Assembly: GCA_035556975.1 (NCBI GenBank)
Contig: DATMEN010000004.1
Coordinates: 239,988 to 303,987, forward strand
Direction: 5' to 3'
Length of the DNA stretch: 64,000 bases
Origin: Chthoniobacterales bacterium
GTDB lineage: Bacteria; Verrucomicrobiota; Verrucomicrobiia; Chthoniobacterales; UBA10450
The position numbers and the translations under genes are program-made. A model generated the notes under the pieces. That model made no database searches, had not been told where the DNA came from, and saw nothing but the letters and a program-made list of their open reading frames with translations. How positions within the stretch are numbered: position 1 is the first letter of the stretch; each line of letters starts with the position of its first letter. Positions 18,305 through 26,674 of this stretch are shown one piece after another.

Positions 18305-19215
18305 AGAAGCTGCGCGTTGGCGTGGTCGGCGTGGGACACATCGGGAAAAACCACGCCCGTTTGTATGCCGAACTTTCCGGTGCGCAATTTGCCGCCATTT
18401 ACGACACGGATCAGGCCAGAGCGCTTCAACTCGCCGGCGAATTTGGAGTCGTGGCCGCCGGCTCCCTTCAAGAGTTTGCCGAGCAAGTCGACGCCGCTTC
18501 GATTGCCACTCCGACGAACACGCACTTCGAAATCGCGCGCGAACTGCTGGCCCAGGACAAACATCTCCTGATCGAAAAGCCGATCGCGGAAAACACGGCG
18601 CACGCCAGCGACTTGGCGGAACTCGCGGCCGATCGTCGGCTCGTCCTTCAGGTTGGTCACGTCGAACGTTTCAATCCCGTGTTAAGCGCGCTGGAAAAAC
18701 GCCTGACGAATCCGCGTTTCATCGAGGCGCATCGGCTTTCGCCCTATCCGAACCGCAGCACCGATATCGGGGTCGTGCTCGACCTGATGATCCACGATCT
18801 CGAAATTATTTTGCATCTCGTCCGTTCGCCCGTGCAAACGATCGACGCCGTCGGCGTGCCGGTCTTGAGCCGCGGCGAGGACATAGCGAACGCGCGGCTC
18901 CGTTTCGAAAATGGCTGCGTCGCCAATATTACCTCGAGCCGGATCAGCCCCGAGCAGATGCGAAAGATTCGTGTCTTCCAGGAGAACGCCTATCTCTCGC
19001 TCGATTACCAAAACCAAACTGGCGAGATCTACCGGCGCACGGCGGAAGGCTTGACGAAAGAAGCCGTCGAAATCGAGCGCGAAGAACCGCTCAAGCGCCA
19101 GCTCTCCTCGTTTCTCGAATGCGCGCAAACCGGCCGCGCCCCGAAAGTCTCCGGCTTTCAAGCCGCCGCCGCTCTGGAGTTGGCCGTGGAAATCACAAAA
19201 CGGATCGCCGCATGA
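18301..19215 (+). CDS. Gfo/Idh/MocA family oxidoreductase
   Basis: VGVVGVGHIGKNH Rossmann motif and LIEKPIA. ATGA overlap with fcl. Confidence 0.8.
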   Translation: MKKLRVGVVGVGHIGKNHARLYAELSGAQFAAIYDTDQARALQLAGEFGVVAAGSLQEFAEQVDAASIATPTNTHFEIARELLAQDKHLLIEKPIAENTAHASDLAELAADRRLVLQVGHVERFNPVLSALEKRLTNPRFIEAHRLSPYPNRSTDIGVVLDLMIHDLEIILHLVRSPVQTIDAVGVPVLSRGEDIANARLRFENGCVANITSSRISPEQMRKIRVFQENAYLSLDYQNQTGEIYRRTAEGLTKEAVEIEREEPLKRQLSSFLECAQTGRAPKVSGFQAAAALELAVEITKRIAA

Positions 19216-19234
19216 AGAGCGCTGATCCCCGCTC

Positions 19235-19317
19235 GGAGGGACGTGCTTCCGCACGTCCCAAGATTCAAACAGCCGCGCCGAAGCAGAAGAATGGGACGTG
19301 CGAAAGCACGTCCCTCC
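19235..19317. repeat. REP-B doublet
   Basis: GGAGGGACGTGCTTCCGCACGTCCC ... GGGACGTGCGAAAGCACGTCCCTCC. Confidence 0.9.
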
Positions 19318-19352
19318 GAGGTGAGTCGGATGGGCGCAAGCACCCCATTCAT

Positions 19353-19781
19353 TTGTCGTCATTCGAAGCGCGCAACCGGCCAGTCATAATTTTCGTTACG
19401 GCCTGCACCGCGAAGCGACGGAAGGTCCTCGCCTCACTTTCGACCCACGCAGCCATCCTGGCGGCTTGGGTCGCCGCGTCAGAATGGCTAATCGGCCGCT
19501 ATGTCATCATGCCCGATCACATCCATCTGTTCTGTGCCCCAGGCGTCCACGATGCGCCGTCACTCGAACGCTGGATGCGGTTTTGGAAGTCCCTGGCCAC
19601 GCGCGGCATGGGCGAAAAGGCGGGCACCGTCTGGCAGCGTCATCATTGGGACCGCCAGCTCCGATCAGGCGAAAGTTACGACGAAAAATGGGAATACGTG
19701 CGCAATAATCCAGTTCGCCACGGCTACGTGAGCAAGGCCGAGGACTGGCCATATCAGGGTGAACTAAACGAGTTGCGATGA
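19353..19781 (+). CDS. REP-associated tyrosine transposase (IS200/IS605 Y1 family-like)
   Basis: VIIFVTACT..., HUH motif MPDHIHLF, and the catalytic Tyr region WEYVRNNPVRHGYV. There is no in-frame ATG. TTG 19353 is my proposed start, and the true start is uncertain. Confidence 0.7.
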   Translation: MSSFEARNRPVIIFVTACTAKRRKVLASLSTHAAILAAWVAASEWLIGRYVIMPDHIHLFCAPGVHDAPSLERWMRFWKSLATRGMGEKAGTVWQRHHWDRQLRSGESYDEKWEYVRNNPVRHGYVSKAEDWPYQGELNELR

Positions 19782-19794
19782 TAACCCCATGTTC

Positions 19795-19872
19795 GGAGGG
19801 ACGTGCTTCCGCACGTCCCAAATTTCCAATCTTGCTGGGCCATAACACGGACGTGCGGAAGCACGTCCCTCC
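19795..19872. repeat. REP-B doublet
   Basis: GGAGGGACGTGCTTCCGCACGTCCC ... GGACGTGCGGAAGCACGTCCCTCC. Confidence 0.9.
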
Positions 19873-19878
19873 GATGAA

Positions 19879-21003
19879 ATGACCATTTACCTTATCGCGG
19901 GCGAAGCGAGCGGCGACGAACACGGCGCCGCGTTGATGCGAGCGCTTCGCGGGATTGCTCCCAATCTGGCCTTCTCTGGCCGCGGCGGCCCGAAAATGCA
20001 GGCAGTGGCCGGCGAAGCCTTCATCAATTGGAGCGACTCGGCCGCCGTGGTCGGGCTTTGGGAAGTGGTGAAACGGTATCCCTATTTCCGGGAGCAATTT
20101 CAACGCGCGCTGAATGAGATCGCGTCGAGCAAGCCCGACGCCGTCGTCCTGATCGATTACCCTGGATTCAATTTGCGCCTGGCCCGGACCCTGCGGAAGA
20201 AATTCCCTGCGCTCAAAATCATTTACTATATCAGCCCCCAGGTCTGGGCGTGGAATCGCGGACGAATCGCCCAGATGGCGCGTTTTCTGGATTTGATGCT
20301 CTGTATCTTCCCGTTCGAAGCAGAGCTCTACAACAAGTCCGGCTTGCGCACGGTCTTCGTTGGCCATCCGATGATCGAGAATCTCGCCGCGCTCCGAACC
20401 GGCGAAGAACGCGATCCGAATTTGATCGGCCTTTTCCCCGGCAGCCGGCTTCGCGAAGTCCGCAAGATTTTCCCGATTATGGTGAAAGCCGCGCGCGAAA
20501 TTGCCGCCGAGCGGCCGGAGATTCATTTTGAATCCGCCGCAGCCTCGGAACCGCTCGCCTTGGAGAGTCAGCAAATGTTAGCGTCGTCGCCGCTGCGGGA
20601 ACGCATGCGGATCGTCACCGGAGATGCCGCAGGAATAATGCAACGCGCCTTCGCCGCCATGGTCGCCTCAGGCACCGCGACCCTGGAAGCGGCGTATTTC
20701 CGGTTGCCATTCGTCCTCGTCTATAAGGTGTCGTGGCCGACCTATTTTGCGGCGCGCCTCGTCCTGAAGACCAAACACCTCGGCATGCCGAATGTCCTGG
20801 CCGGGCGCGAGATCGTCCCCGAGTTCATCCAGCATGAAGCCCGCCCGGACACGATTGCCAAAGCCGTCTTGAATTTGAAGACCAATCAAGCTGCGCGTGA
20901 CGTGATGACCTCGGAGTTCGATGCGATTATCGTCAAACTCGGTGAGAGCGGTGCGAGCGTGAGGGCGGCTCGAGTAATTATCGCTGAGCTGAACCAGAAG
21001 TAG
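19879..21003 (+). CDS. lpxB: Lipid-A-disaccharide synthase
   Basis: IYLIAGEASGDEHGAALMRAL and LIDYPGFNL. Confidence 0.9.
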   Translation: MTIYLIAGEASGDEHGAALMRALRGIAPNLAFSGRGGPKMQAVAGEAFINWSDSAAVVGLWEVVKRYPYFREQFQRALNEIASSKPDAVVLIDYPGFNLRLARTLRKKFPALKIIYYISPQVWAWNRGRIAQMARFLDLMLCIFPFEAELYNKSGLRTVFVGHPMIENLAALRTGEERDPNLIGLFPGSRLREVRKIFPIMVKAAREIAAERPEIHFESAAASEPLALESQQMLASSPLRERMRIVTGDAAGIMQRAFAAMVASGTATLEAAYFRLPFVLVYKVSWPTYFAARLVLKTKHLGMPNVLAGREIVPEFIQHEARPDTIAKAVLNLKTNQAARDVMTSEFDAIIVKLGESGASVRAARVIIAELNQK

Positions 21004-21089
21004 TCACGGATGAAGATGGATTTTCACGGATGGAGGACAGGGTCGTATCATCCGCATGAATTCGTGGCTCAATAGCGAAACCGGATCTA

Positions 21090-21749
21090 ATGAAAGTTTT
21101 CGATATCTCGCGTGCTCTTTCGAACGACCTAGCGCCGTGGCCCGGTGACACGCCATTTCGTTTTGAGTTGAAATGGAAGATGGCGGAAGGGGCGACGGTG
21201 AACGTGGGCGCGATCAACATGGGCGTGCACAACGGGACGCACGCGGACGCGACGTTCCATTTCGACGAGAGCGGTGATCCGATTGATCGGATGCCGCTCG
21301 ATGCCTACATCGGCGACGCGATCGTGGTCGATCTGACGGAACTTTTCGGCCGCGCAGGGGATAAGGTCGATAGGACGCGGCAAATTGGCGTCGCGGATCT
21401 CGAAGCGTGTGCCGACTCGATTGAGCAAGCGCCGAGGCTTCTGTTCAAGACCGGTGTTTGGAAAGATTCGAAAGTTTTTCCGGACTGGATTCCGGTGATG
21501 GGGCGTGACGTGCCGGAGTGGTTGGGAAAGCGGAAGGTGAAATTGATTGGACTGGATCTGCCGTCGGTTGATCCGATCGAGGCGAAGAAGTTAACGAATC
21601 ATCACGCGCTGGCGGCCGCGCGCATCGCCATTGTTGAGTCGCTCGATTTGAGTGAAGTCGAGGCGGGCATCTACCACTTTTCGGCGCTGCCATTGAAGAT
21701 CGCGGGGGGCGATGCCGGACCGGTGCGCGCTATCCTTTGGCGGGATTGA
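21090..21749 (+). CDS. Cyclase family protein / kynurenine formamidase-like
   Basis: VHNGTHADATFHF (HxGTHxDxPxH-type motif), 219 aa. Confidence 0.75.
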   Translation: MKVFDISRALSNDLAPWPGDTPFRFELKWKMAEGATVNVGAINMGVHNGTHADATFHFDESGDPIDRMPLDAYIGDAIVVDLTELFGRAGDKVDRTRQIGVADLEACADSIEQAPRLLFKTGVWKDSKVFPDWIPVMGRDVPEWLGKRKVKLIGLDLPSVDPIEAKKLTNHHALAAARIAIVESLDLSEVEAGIYHFSALPLKIAGGDAGPVRAILWRD

Positions 21750-21763
21750 TCAAATAATCGGAC

Positions 21764-23266
21764 TTGCGGAAGCAATTCCCTCCGAGCAGGAATCATCGCG
21801 CACTTGTGACTGACCTTCTAGACCGTCGTGCCACCTATTGGAGCGTCCTTGCTCTAACGCTTGTCCTGTTCGCGATTACAAATCTTCCCTGGCACCTGGA
21901 TGATTACGACCAGGCGAAGCAGGCGTTCACCTCCTTTGAGATGGTGGAGCAGGGACACTGGATTTATCAGCACACGCCGAATGGGTGGATCGCGACGAAG
22001 CCGCCGCTCGTTGGCTGGATCTCGGCTGGACTTTTCGCGGTGATTCGGTCCTGGGAGCTGGCTTGGCGGCTGCCGTCTTTCCTCGCGGGCCTCGCGCTTC
22101 TTTTCCTCATCATGCGGGCGGCTTCGGTCTACGGCCGCGCGGCCGCCTTGGTCGCGGCGGCCGCCTTCGGGCTCAATTTGTTCTCTCCGCGCCTGGCTTC
22201 GCTGGTGCGGACCGACATGCCACTCGCGTTGATCTTGTTCGTGATCGGGTGGCTGATCCTGGTAAAAATTCGGAAACGCGAAGGCTGGAACGACCTGGAT
22301 CGCTTTTGGATGTTTCTCCTGCTCAGCGCGGCCATGTTGATCAAGGGCCCGATCATCTACGCGTTTTTGCTCCCGGGAATCGTGGCCTCCGCCTGGCGGG
22401 CCCGAGCGACGGGCGAGAAGGTGACGGCATGGTGCGGATGGTGGCCGTGGCTGGCGTCGCTCGCGATATTTCTGCTTTGGGCCGGGGCTGGAATCCTTTT
22501 CGTACCTGAATTCCTGGAGCACGTCGTGACGCGGGAATTCGCCGGACGATTCAGCGAAGCGATGCATCGCTCGCAGCCGATTTATTTCTATTTGCCGCAT
22601 CTGCTGCATCGGTTCGCGCCCTGGAGCATTTTGCTAATTTTGCTGGCGGTTCTCGGGGCCAGAGAGCAACGGCTGAAAATTCGCGATTGGCTGCGCGCGA
22701 TGTCGCCGGAAACGTTCTGGCTCGTGGCCTGGAGTCTCGGGGGTTTGCTGGTCATGTCCTTCGTTCCGTCCAAACGGATCGATCGTGTCTTTCCGATCGT
22801 GCCGCCGCTTTGTTTGTTGCTGGCCGCCCAAATCTCGGCGCTTGGAAAAACCGAAAAGTCGCGAGCGGCGACGGTGCGGTTCTCCGCGATCGCGCTTGTC
22901 ATTGCGTGCCTGCTTACCACGGGTTACGCCGCCGGAAGAATCAGGGTGGCCTATCGCGAGCACCGGGATGCATTTGCCACCTTCGGCTCAGCGGTCCGGG
23001 AGGAAGCGGCCGCCCACGGCTGGAGGTACGGCGTGGTCGGGCGGGACGACGAAGGGGTCCTGTTGTATCTCCGCGGGACCGAGTTTCTTGATGCGGACCA
23101 GGCCGCGGAGGAATGGAACAGCGGGAAGCTGGACGGCCTGGTATTGCCCGAGGACCAAGCGGCCGAGTTGCTTCCCCATCTGCCCGGAGCTGTCCCTTCA
23201 AGCATCGGGCCGTCCGGGCCGGCGGGACGCTACCGAAGGCGTTACCTCTTTCTGGTGCGGTCGTGA
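21764..23266 (+). CDS. ArnT/PMT_2-like (GT39/GT83) membrane glycosyltransferase
   Basis: Polytopic, with N-terminal DDYDQAKQAF and ATKPPLVGW. The start is uncertain: TTG 21764 lies in a degenerate REP-B half-site, and GTG 21806 is the alternative. Confidence 0.7.
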   Translation: MRKQFPPSRNHRALVTDLLDRRATYWSVLALTLVLFAITNLPWHLDDYDQAKQAFTSFEMVEQGHWIYQHTPNGWIATKPPLVGWISAGLFAVIRSWELAWRLPSFLAGLALLFLIMRAASVYGRAAALVAAAAFGLNLFSPRLASLVRTDMPLALILFVIGWLILVKIRKREGWNDLDRFWMFLLLSAAMLIKGPIIYAFLLPGIVASAWRARATGEKVTAWCGWWPWLASLAIFLLWAGAGILFVPEFLEHVVTREFAGRFSEAMHRSQPIYFYLPHLLHRFAPWSILLILLAVLGAREQRLKIRDWLRAMSPETFWLVAWSLGGLLVMSFVPSKRIDRVFPIVPPLCLLLAAQISALGKTEKSRAATVRFSAIALVIACLLTTGYAAGRIRVAYREHRDAFATFGSAVREEAAAHGWRYGVVGRDDEGVLLYLRGTEFLDADQAAEEWNSGKLDGLVLPEDQAAELLPHLPGAVPSSIGPSGPAGRYRRRYLFLVRS

Positions 23267-23317
23267 TGGCCAAAAGCCGCTCGACTTTGCGGCTGCGATT
23301 TGTAGGCTCGCCTGCGA

Positions 23318-23854
23318 TTGAACGACCTGATGGAGTTTCCGAAAGCAGAAATCGAAGCGCTTTGGTGTCCCTGGCGCGTCGAGTATTTCGAGCAGGAAAC
23401 GCCCAATCCACACTTCCTTTCCGAGGCGGCCCAGGCGAGCGACGACGCCGCGCATCTCGTGATCACGCGCCGGAAGAATGGCTTTCTGATGATGAATCGC
23501 TATCCCTACAGCGTGGGCCATTTGATGGCCGTGCCTTATCGGAAAACGGCGGACGCCTCTTCGCTGGGCGAAAACGAAGCGCTCGAGCTTTGGAACCTCG
23601 CGATGCATGGACAAAAGCTGCTCCGTGAAACGGTGAGGGCGCAGGGTTTCAATATCGGCTTGAACCTGGGGCAATGCGCCGGCGCGGGCGTGCCCGATCA
23701 CTTGCATCTCCATATCGTGCCGCGGTGGAACGGCGACACGAATTTCATGCCGGTCCTTTCCGGGACGCGCTTGCTCTCGGAAGGGTTGCGCGGCCTCTAC
23801 GATAAATTAATCGCGACGCAGGAACGGATCGCGGATAAGACTTCTCATCCATGA
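23318..23854 (+). CDS. HIT family protein
   Basis: NRYPYSVGHLMAVP and the histidine triad VPDHLHLHIVPRW. Confidence 0.8.
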   Translation: MNDLMEFPKAEIEALWCPWRVEYFEQETPNPHFLSEAAQASDDAAHLVITRRKNGFLMMNRYPYSVGHLMAVPYRKTADASSLGENEALELWNLAMHGQKLLRETVRAQGFNIGLNLGQCAGAGVPDHLHLHIVPRWNGDTNFMPVLSGTRLLSEGLRGLYDKLIATQERIADKTSHP

Positions 23855-24546
23855 CCAGCTGGATCGAACCGCCGCCAAAGCGCAAGGGAATGGGTTGTCT
23901 CGGCAAAGGTTGTTTGCTCACCATCGTGTTGCTCGTCCTGCTGGCCGTCGCGTTTTTTATCGGTCTCTACACTGGGACCAAGCCGGTCGAAATTCCCCAG
24001 GTGGAAACTTCGGAGGACGAACAGAATGCCGTCCGCGCGCGTTGGAGTGAATTTGAAGCCGCGAGCCGAAACGAACCCGACCTGACTCCTGACGTTCCCA
24101 CGCCTCCGCCGGCATCCGAGGAAGCGCCGGCTCCAGACGTGGCGCCGAGTCCGGTCCCATCGCCCCCTTCAGCGAATCGGATCGAGCTGACGGCCAACGA
24201 CATCAACCAGTTGATCGCCGGCAGCCGGAGGGCCCGGGGCAAGGCTTTCGTTTCCATCGACAATAATGTCGCCCGCGTCCGGATCAGCGTGCCGCTGGAC
24301 AAAGTTGGGTTCGCGGGCCGTTCTTTAAATGGGGAGTTTGCCGTGACCCCCTCGCCGGACCGCAGCCCCAGGAATCTTCAAGTTTCGCAAATGTCGCTCT
24401 CGGGTCTCCCGGATGGAGTGGTCGGGTCGCTGCTGGGCTCCCGCTCGGTCCAAAGTTATGTGGACGAATTTGCCAGCGAGCACGGCATCACGTCGTTCAA
24501 CATCGAGAACAATAGAGTGATCCTCGAGACGACCGGCCGCCGTTGA
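23851..24546 (+). CDS. Hypothetical membrane-anchored protein
   Basis: ATGA overlap with the HIT gene. It has one TM (LLTIVLLVLLAVAFFIGLY) and a proline-rich linker. Confidence 0.5.
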   Translation: MTSWIEPPPKRKGMGCLGKGCLLTIVLLVLLAVAFFIGLYTGTKPVEIPQVETSEDEQNAVRARWSEFEAASRNEPDLTPDVPTPPPASEEAPAPDVAPSPVPSPPSANRIELTANDINQLIAGSRRARGKAFVSIDNNVARVRISVPLDKVGFAGRSLNGEFAVTPSPDRSPRNLQVSQMSLSGLPDGVVGSLLGSRSVQSYVDEFASEHGITSFNIENNRVILETTGRR

Positions 24547-26091
24547 TCACTGCATGATCTCGCGCACGAAGACGTTCAGCTGACCGTCGGCCTGCTTGCG
24601 CACTTCCGTGATCTCATAAGGACGCGCTTCATCACGGGTAACGGTGGTCCCGCGCGCCGGGGGAGTGTACCCGGCCGGAAATTCCACGACGATTCGGACC
24701 GATTGGCCACCGCCGAGCGGGTGCAAAACGGCATCGGTCAGACCTTTTTTCGGCCGCAGGACGGCGCGGTTCGGTTCGGTGAAATTGACGACGAACTGGC
24801 CTCTCAGATAAACGCGCTCGCCGGCGAGTCCGCGCGCCGCGAGATCGGCCAGGTCGGAAGTCTGGATGAGCCGGCCCACCGGCATTTTGCCCGGTGGAAA
24901 GGTCTTCCAGGTTCCGCCACCGGCGGTAGAGGCCAGCGAATCGTCGATCGATGCCGCCGGTGAAGCCGCCGGCGGGGCAACCACGGGCGAAGCCGCCGCG
25001 ACAACGAGCGGAGTGGACGCGGCGGCGGGAGAAGCGGAGGGAGATTTCCGCGGCGGCGGCCAGGGAGGGATCGCCGGTGGATTTTGCGCGACCACCGGAG
25101 GGCCGGCTGGGCTGGGGGCCGCGGGCGTCGGGGACGGCTTCTTGTTCTTCGCCAGCTTCCCGCTTTTTGGCGTAGGGCTCGGCTTCGGCAAGGGCGACGG
25201 CGAAACTGCCGCGAGTTCGACCTGCTGCGCGGGCTCCACGCGAATCAAGGCGTTTTCAGCCGGAGGCGGCGGAGTGGGGGCGAGTCCCGCGACCACGGTG
25301 TTCTGACGCGGCGCCACCCGTTCGCGATAGCGCGTCTCCGCGGCAATGCGGGCGGGTTCCTTGGTAAGCGGCCAGCCGGCTTTCAGGTTCATCTCGAGCG
25401 GGGGCTCGAGCGTGAACGTCCCCGCTCCCCGCATGACGGTATAACTTCCGTAAAGAAGAGGCATCGCCGTGATCATGATGCGGCCATCCGACAATCGTTC
25501 CGCGTGAATCACAGCGGAGAGATCATGGGTGCGGTCCAACTTGATTTCCAAACCGGTGACCAGCATTTGTTTCATCAGCGGCAGAGCGATGGGGTCGGAT
25601 GGGTAGACATGCTCCAGCAATGTTTCACCGTGATCGACCGCGCCCGTGAGCGCCACCATCCCGGACGTGAACACATCATTCGGCGTCAGCTCGCGGGCTT
25701 CCATGATATTGAAGCGGCCCACCACATACGGAACGAGGCCGTGGACCCGTTGGAAATTTCGAATGTAGTTTCGGGCGAGCGTGGCATTGGTTTTCTCCAG
25801 CTCGGTCGGGCTCAAACCGATGTAGCGGTCGTAGAGTTGTTTCGGGGTGAGAAATTCTCCCGGGGGCGCCGCCGTCAGGGCGAAGCGTTTGGTCGGATCG
25901 ATTTTGTTCAGCTTCTTTAGAATGCGGTAGCTGTCCGGGCGCTCCGGCTGGCCGAAGATATAGAAACTGCCGAGCCAGGCGGCGAAGGCGGCGCCAGTGA
26001 GGAGAAGGATGGCGATCGACCACCCGAACATGTTGCTTTTCCGCCGCGGCCGTCCGTAGGACTCCTCGTAGCGAAAATAATCTCGATCCAT
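24547..26091 (-). CDS. Hypothetical membrane-anchored, proline-rich protein
   Basis: 514 aa with an N-terminal TM (WSIAILLLTGAAFAAWLGSFYIF) and a long P/A/S-rich middle region. Confidence 0.5.
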   Translation of the reverse strand: MDRDYFRYEESYGRPRRKSNMFGWSIAILLLTGAAFAAWLGSFYIFGQPERPDSYRILKKLNKIDPTKRFALTAAPPGEFLTPKQLYDRYIGLSPTELEKTNATLARNYIRNFQRVHGLVPYVVGRFNIMEARELTPNDVFTSGMVALTGAVDHGETLLEHVYPSDPIALPLMKQMLVTGLEIKLDRTHDLSAVIHAERLSDGRIMITAMPLLYGSYTVMRGAGTFTLEPPLEMNLKAGWPLTKEPARIAAETRYRERVAPRQNTVVAGLAPTPPPPAENALIRVEPAQQVELAAVSPSPLPKPSPTPKSGKLAKNKKPSPTPAAPSPAGPPVVAQNPPAIPPWPPPRKSPSASPAAASTPLVVAAASPVVAPPAASPAASIDDSLASTAGGGTWKTFPPGKMPVGRLIQTSDLADLAARGLAGERVYLRGQFVVNFTEPNRAVLRPKKGLTDAVLHPLGGGQSVRIVVEFPAGYTPPARGTTVTRDEARPYEITEVRKQADGQLNVFVREIMQ

Positions 26092-26123
26092 CTACGCGCG
26101 CCCGCTTTGCGAACGATTCGTTT

Positions 26124-26459
26124 TCAAGCAGGGCGCGCTGCTTCGAACGACGTCCCGCAGCCGCAGGTCCGGGCAGCATTCGGGTTTTCGATATGAAAGC
26201 CGGTCCCGGTCAGCCCGTCGCGATAATCGAGGGTCGAGCCGCGCAAATAATCCGCGCTTTCGCTGTCGACCAGAAATTCGACCCCTTCTTTTTCGACAAT
26301 CGAATCGCCGGCTTTTTGGCTGTCGAGCGACATTTCGTATTGCAGGCCGGAGCAGCCGCCCTTGGCGATCTGCACCCGCAATCCTTTTCGTTCCTGCGGG
26401 GCCTGGGCCTCGAGGAGCAGGCGAAGCTGGCGCACTGCGTTATCCGTCACGGTGATCAT
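26124..26459 (-). CDS. HesB/IscA/ErpA-type iron-sulfur cluster insertion protein
   Basis: KGGCSGLQYEM and the C-terminal CGCGTSF. Confidence 0.85.
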   Translation of the reverse strand: MITVTDNAVRQLRLLLEAQAPQERKGLRVQIAKGGCSGLQYEMSLDSQKAGDSIVEKEGVEFLVDSESADYLRGSTLDYRDGLTGTGFHIENPNAARTCGCGTSFEAARPA

Positions 26460-26523
26460 CGAATGGTACCGAAATTATCGCTCCGGCAGGGCAAGTCAAA
26501 CCGGGCGTCCTTTAGTGGCCCCT

Positions 26524-26589
26524 CAAGGAGCGGCGGTTTACAAACCGCCGTCGTTCCTGGTTCGGCGGTTTGTAAACCGCCGCTCCTTG
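26524..26589. repeat. REP-A palindromic doublet (followed by a REP-B half-site at about 26596-26609)
   Basis: CAAGGAGCGGCGGTTTACAAACCGCCG ... CGGCGGTTTGTAAACCGCCGCTCCTTG, then GAAGCATGTCCCTCC. Confidence 0.9.
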
Positions 26590-26674
26590 TTTGCGAAGCA
26601 TGTCCCTCCGGAAGAATCCAGACAAAGCCGCATTTTAGTTCGCTCAATTCGAGGGAAAATCTAGATTGCTGGAG

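Larger units (their letters stand above)
19235..19872 (+). mobile_element. RAYT gene bracketed by two REP-B doublets
   Basis: REP-B doublets at 19235-19317 and 19795-19872 flank the Y1-transposase-like ORF. The unit sits between the oxidoreductase gene and lpxB. Confidence 0.8.

Noticed and set aside
18117-19352. Upstream 410 codons of the 554-aa ORF 18117..19781 (+)
   Set aside because: This is an alternate frame across fcl and the oxidoreductase gene and through the REP-B doublet, and it reads as Arg-rich nonsense. Only the last ~143 codons (the RAYT) look like protein.
21007-21070. CACGGATG direct repeat with a CATCCG inverted partner between lpxB and the cyclase gene
   Set aside because: Only 6-8-bp matches are present, so the stem is weak. 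No second copy occurs in the window, so it cannot be distinguished from chance.
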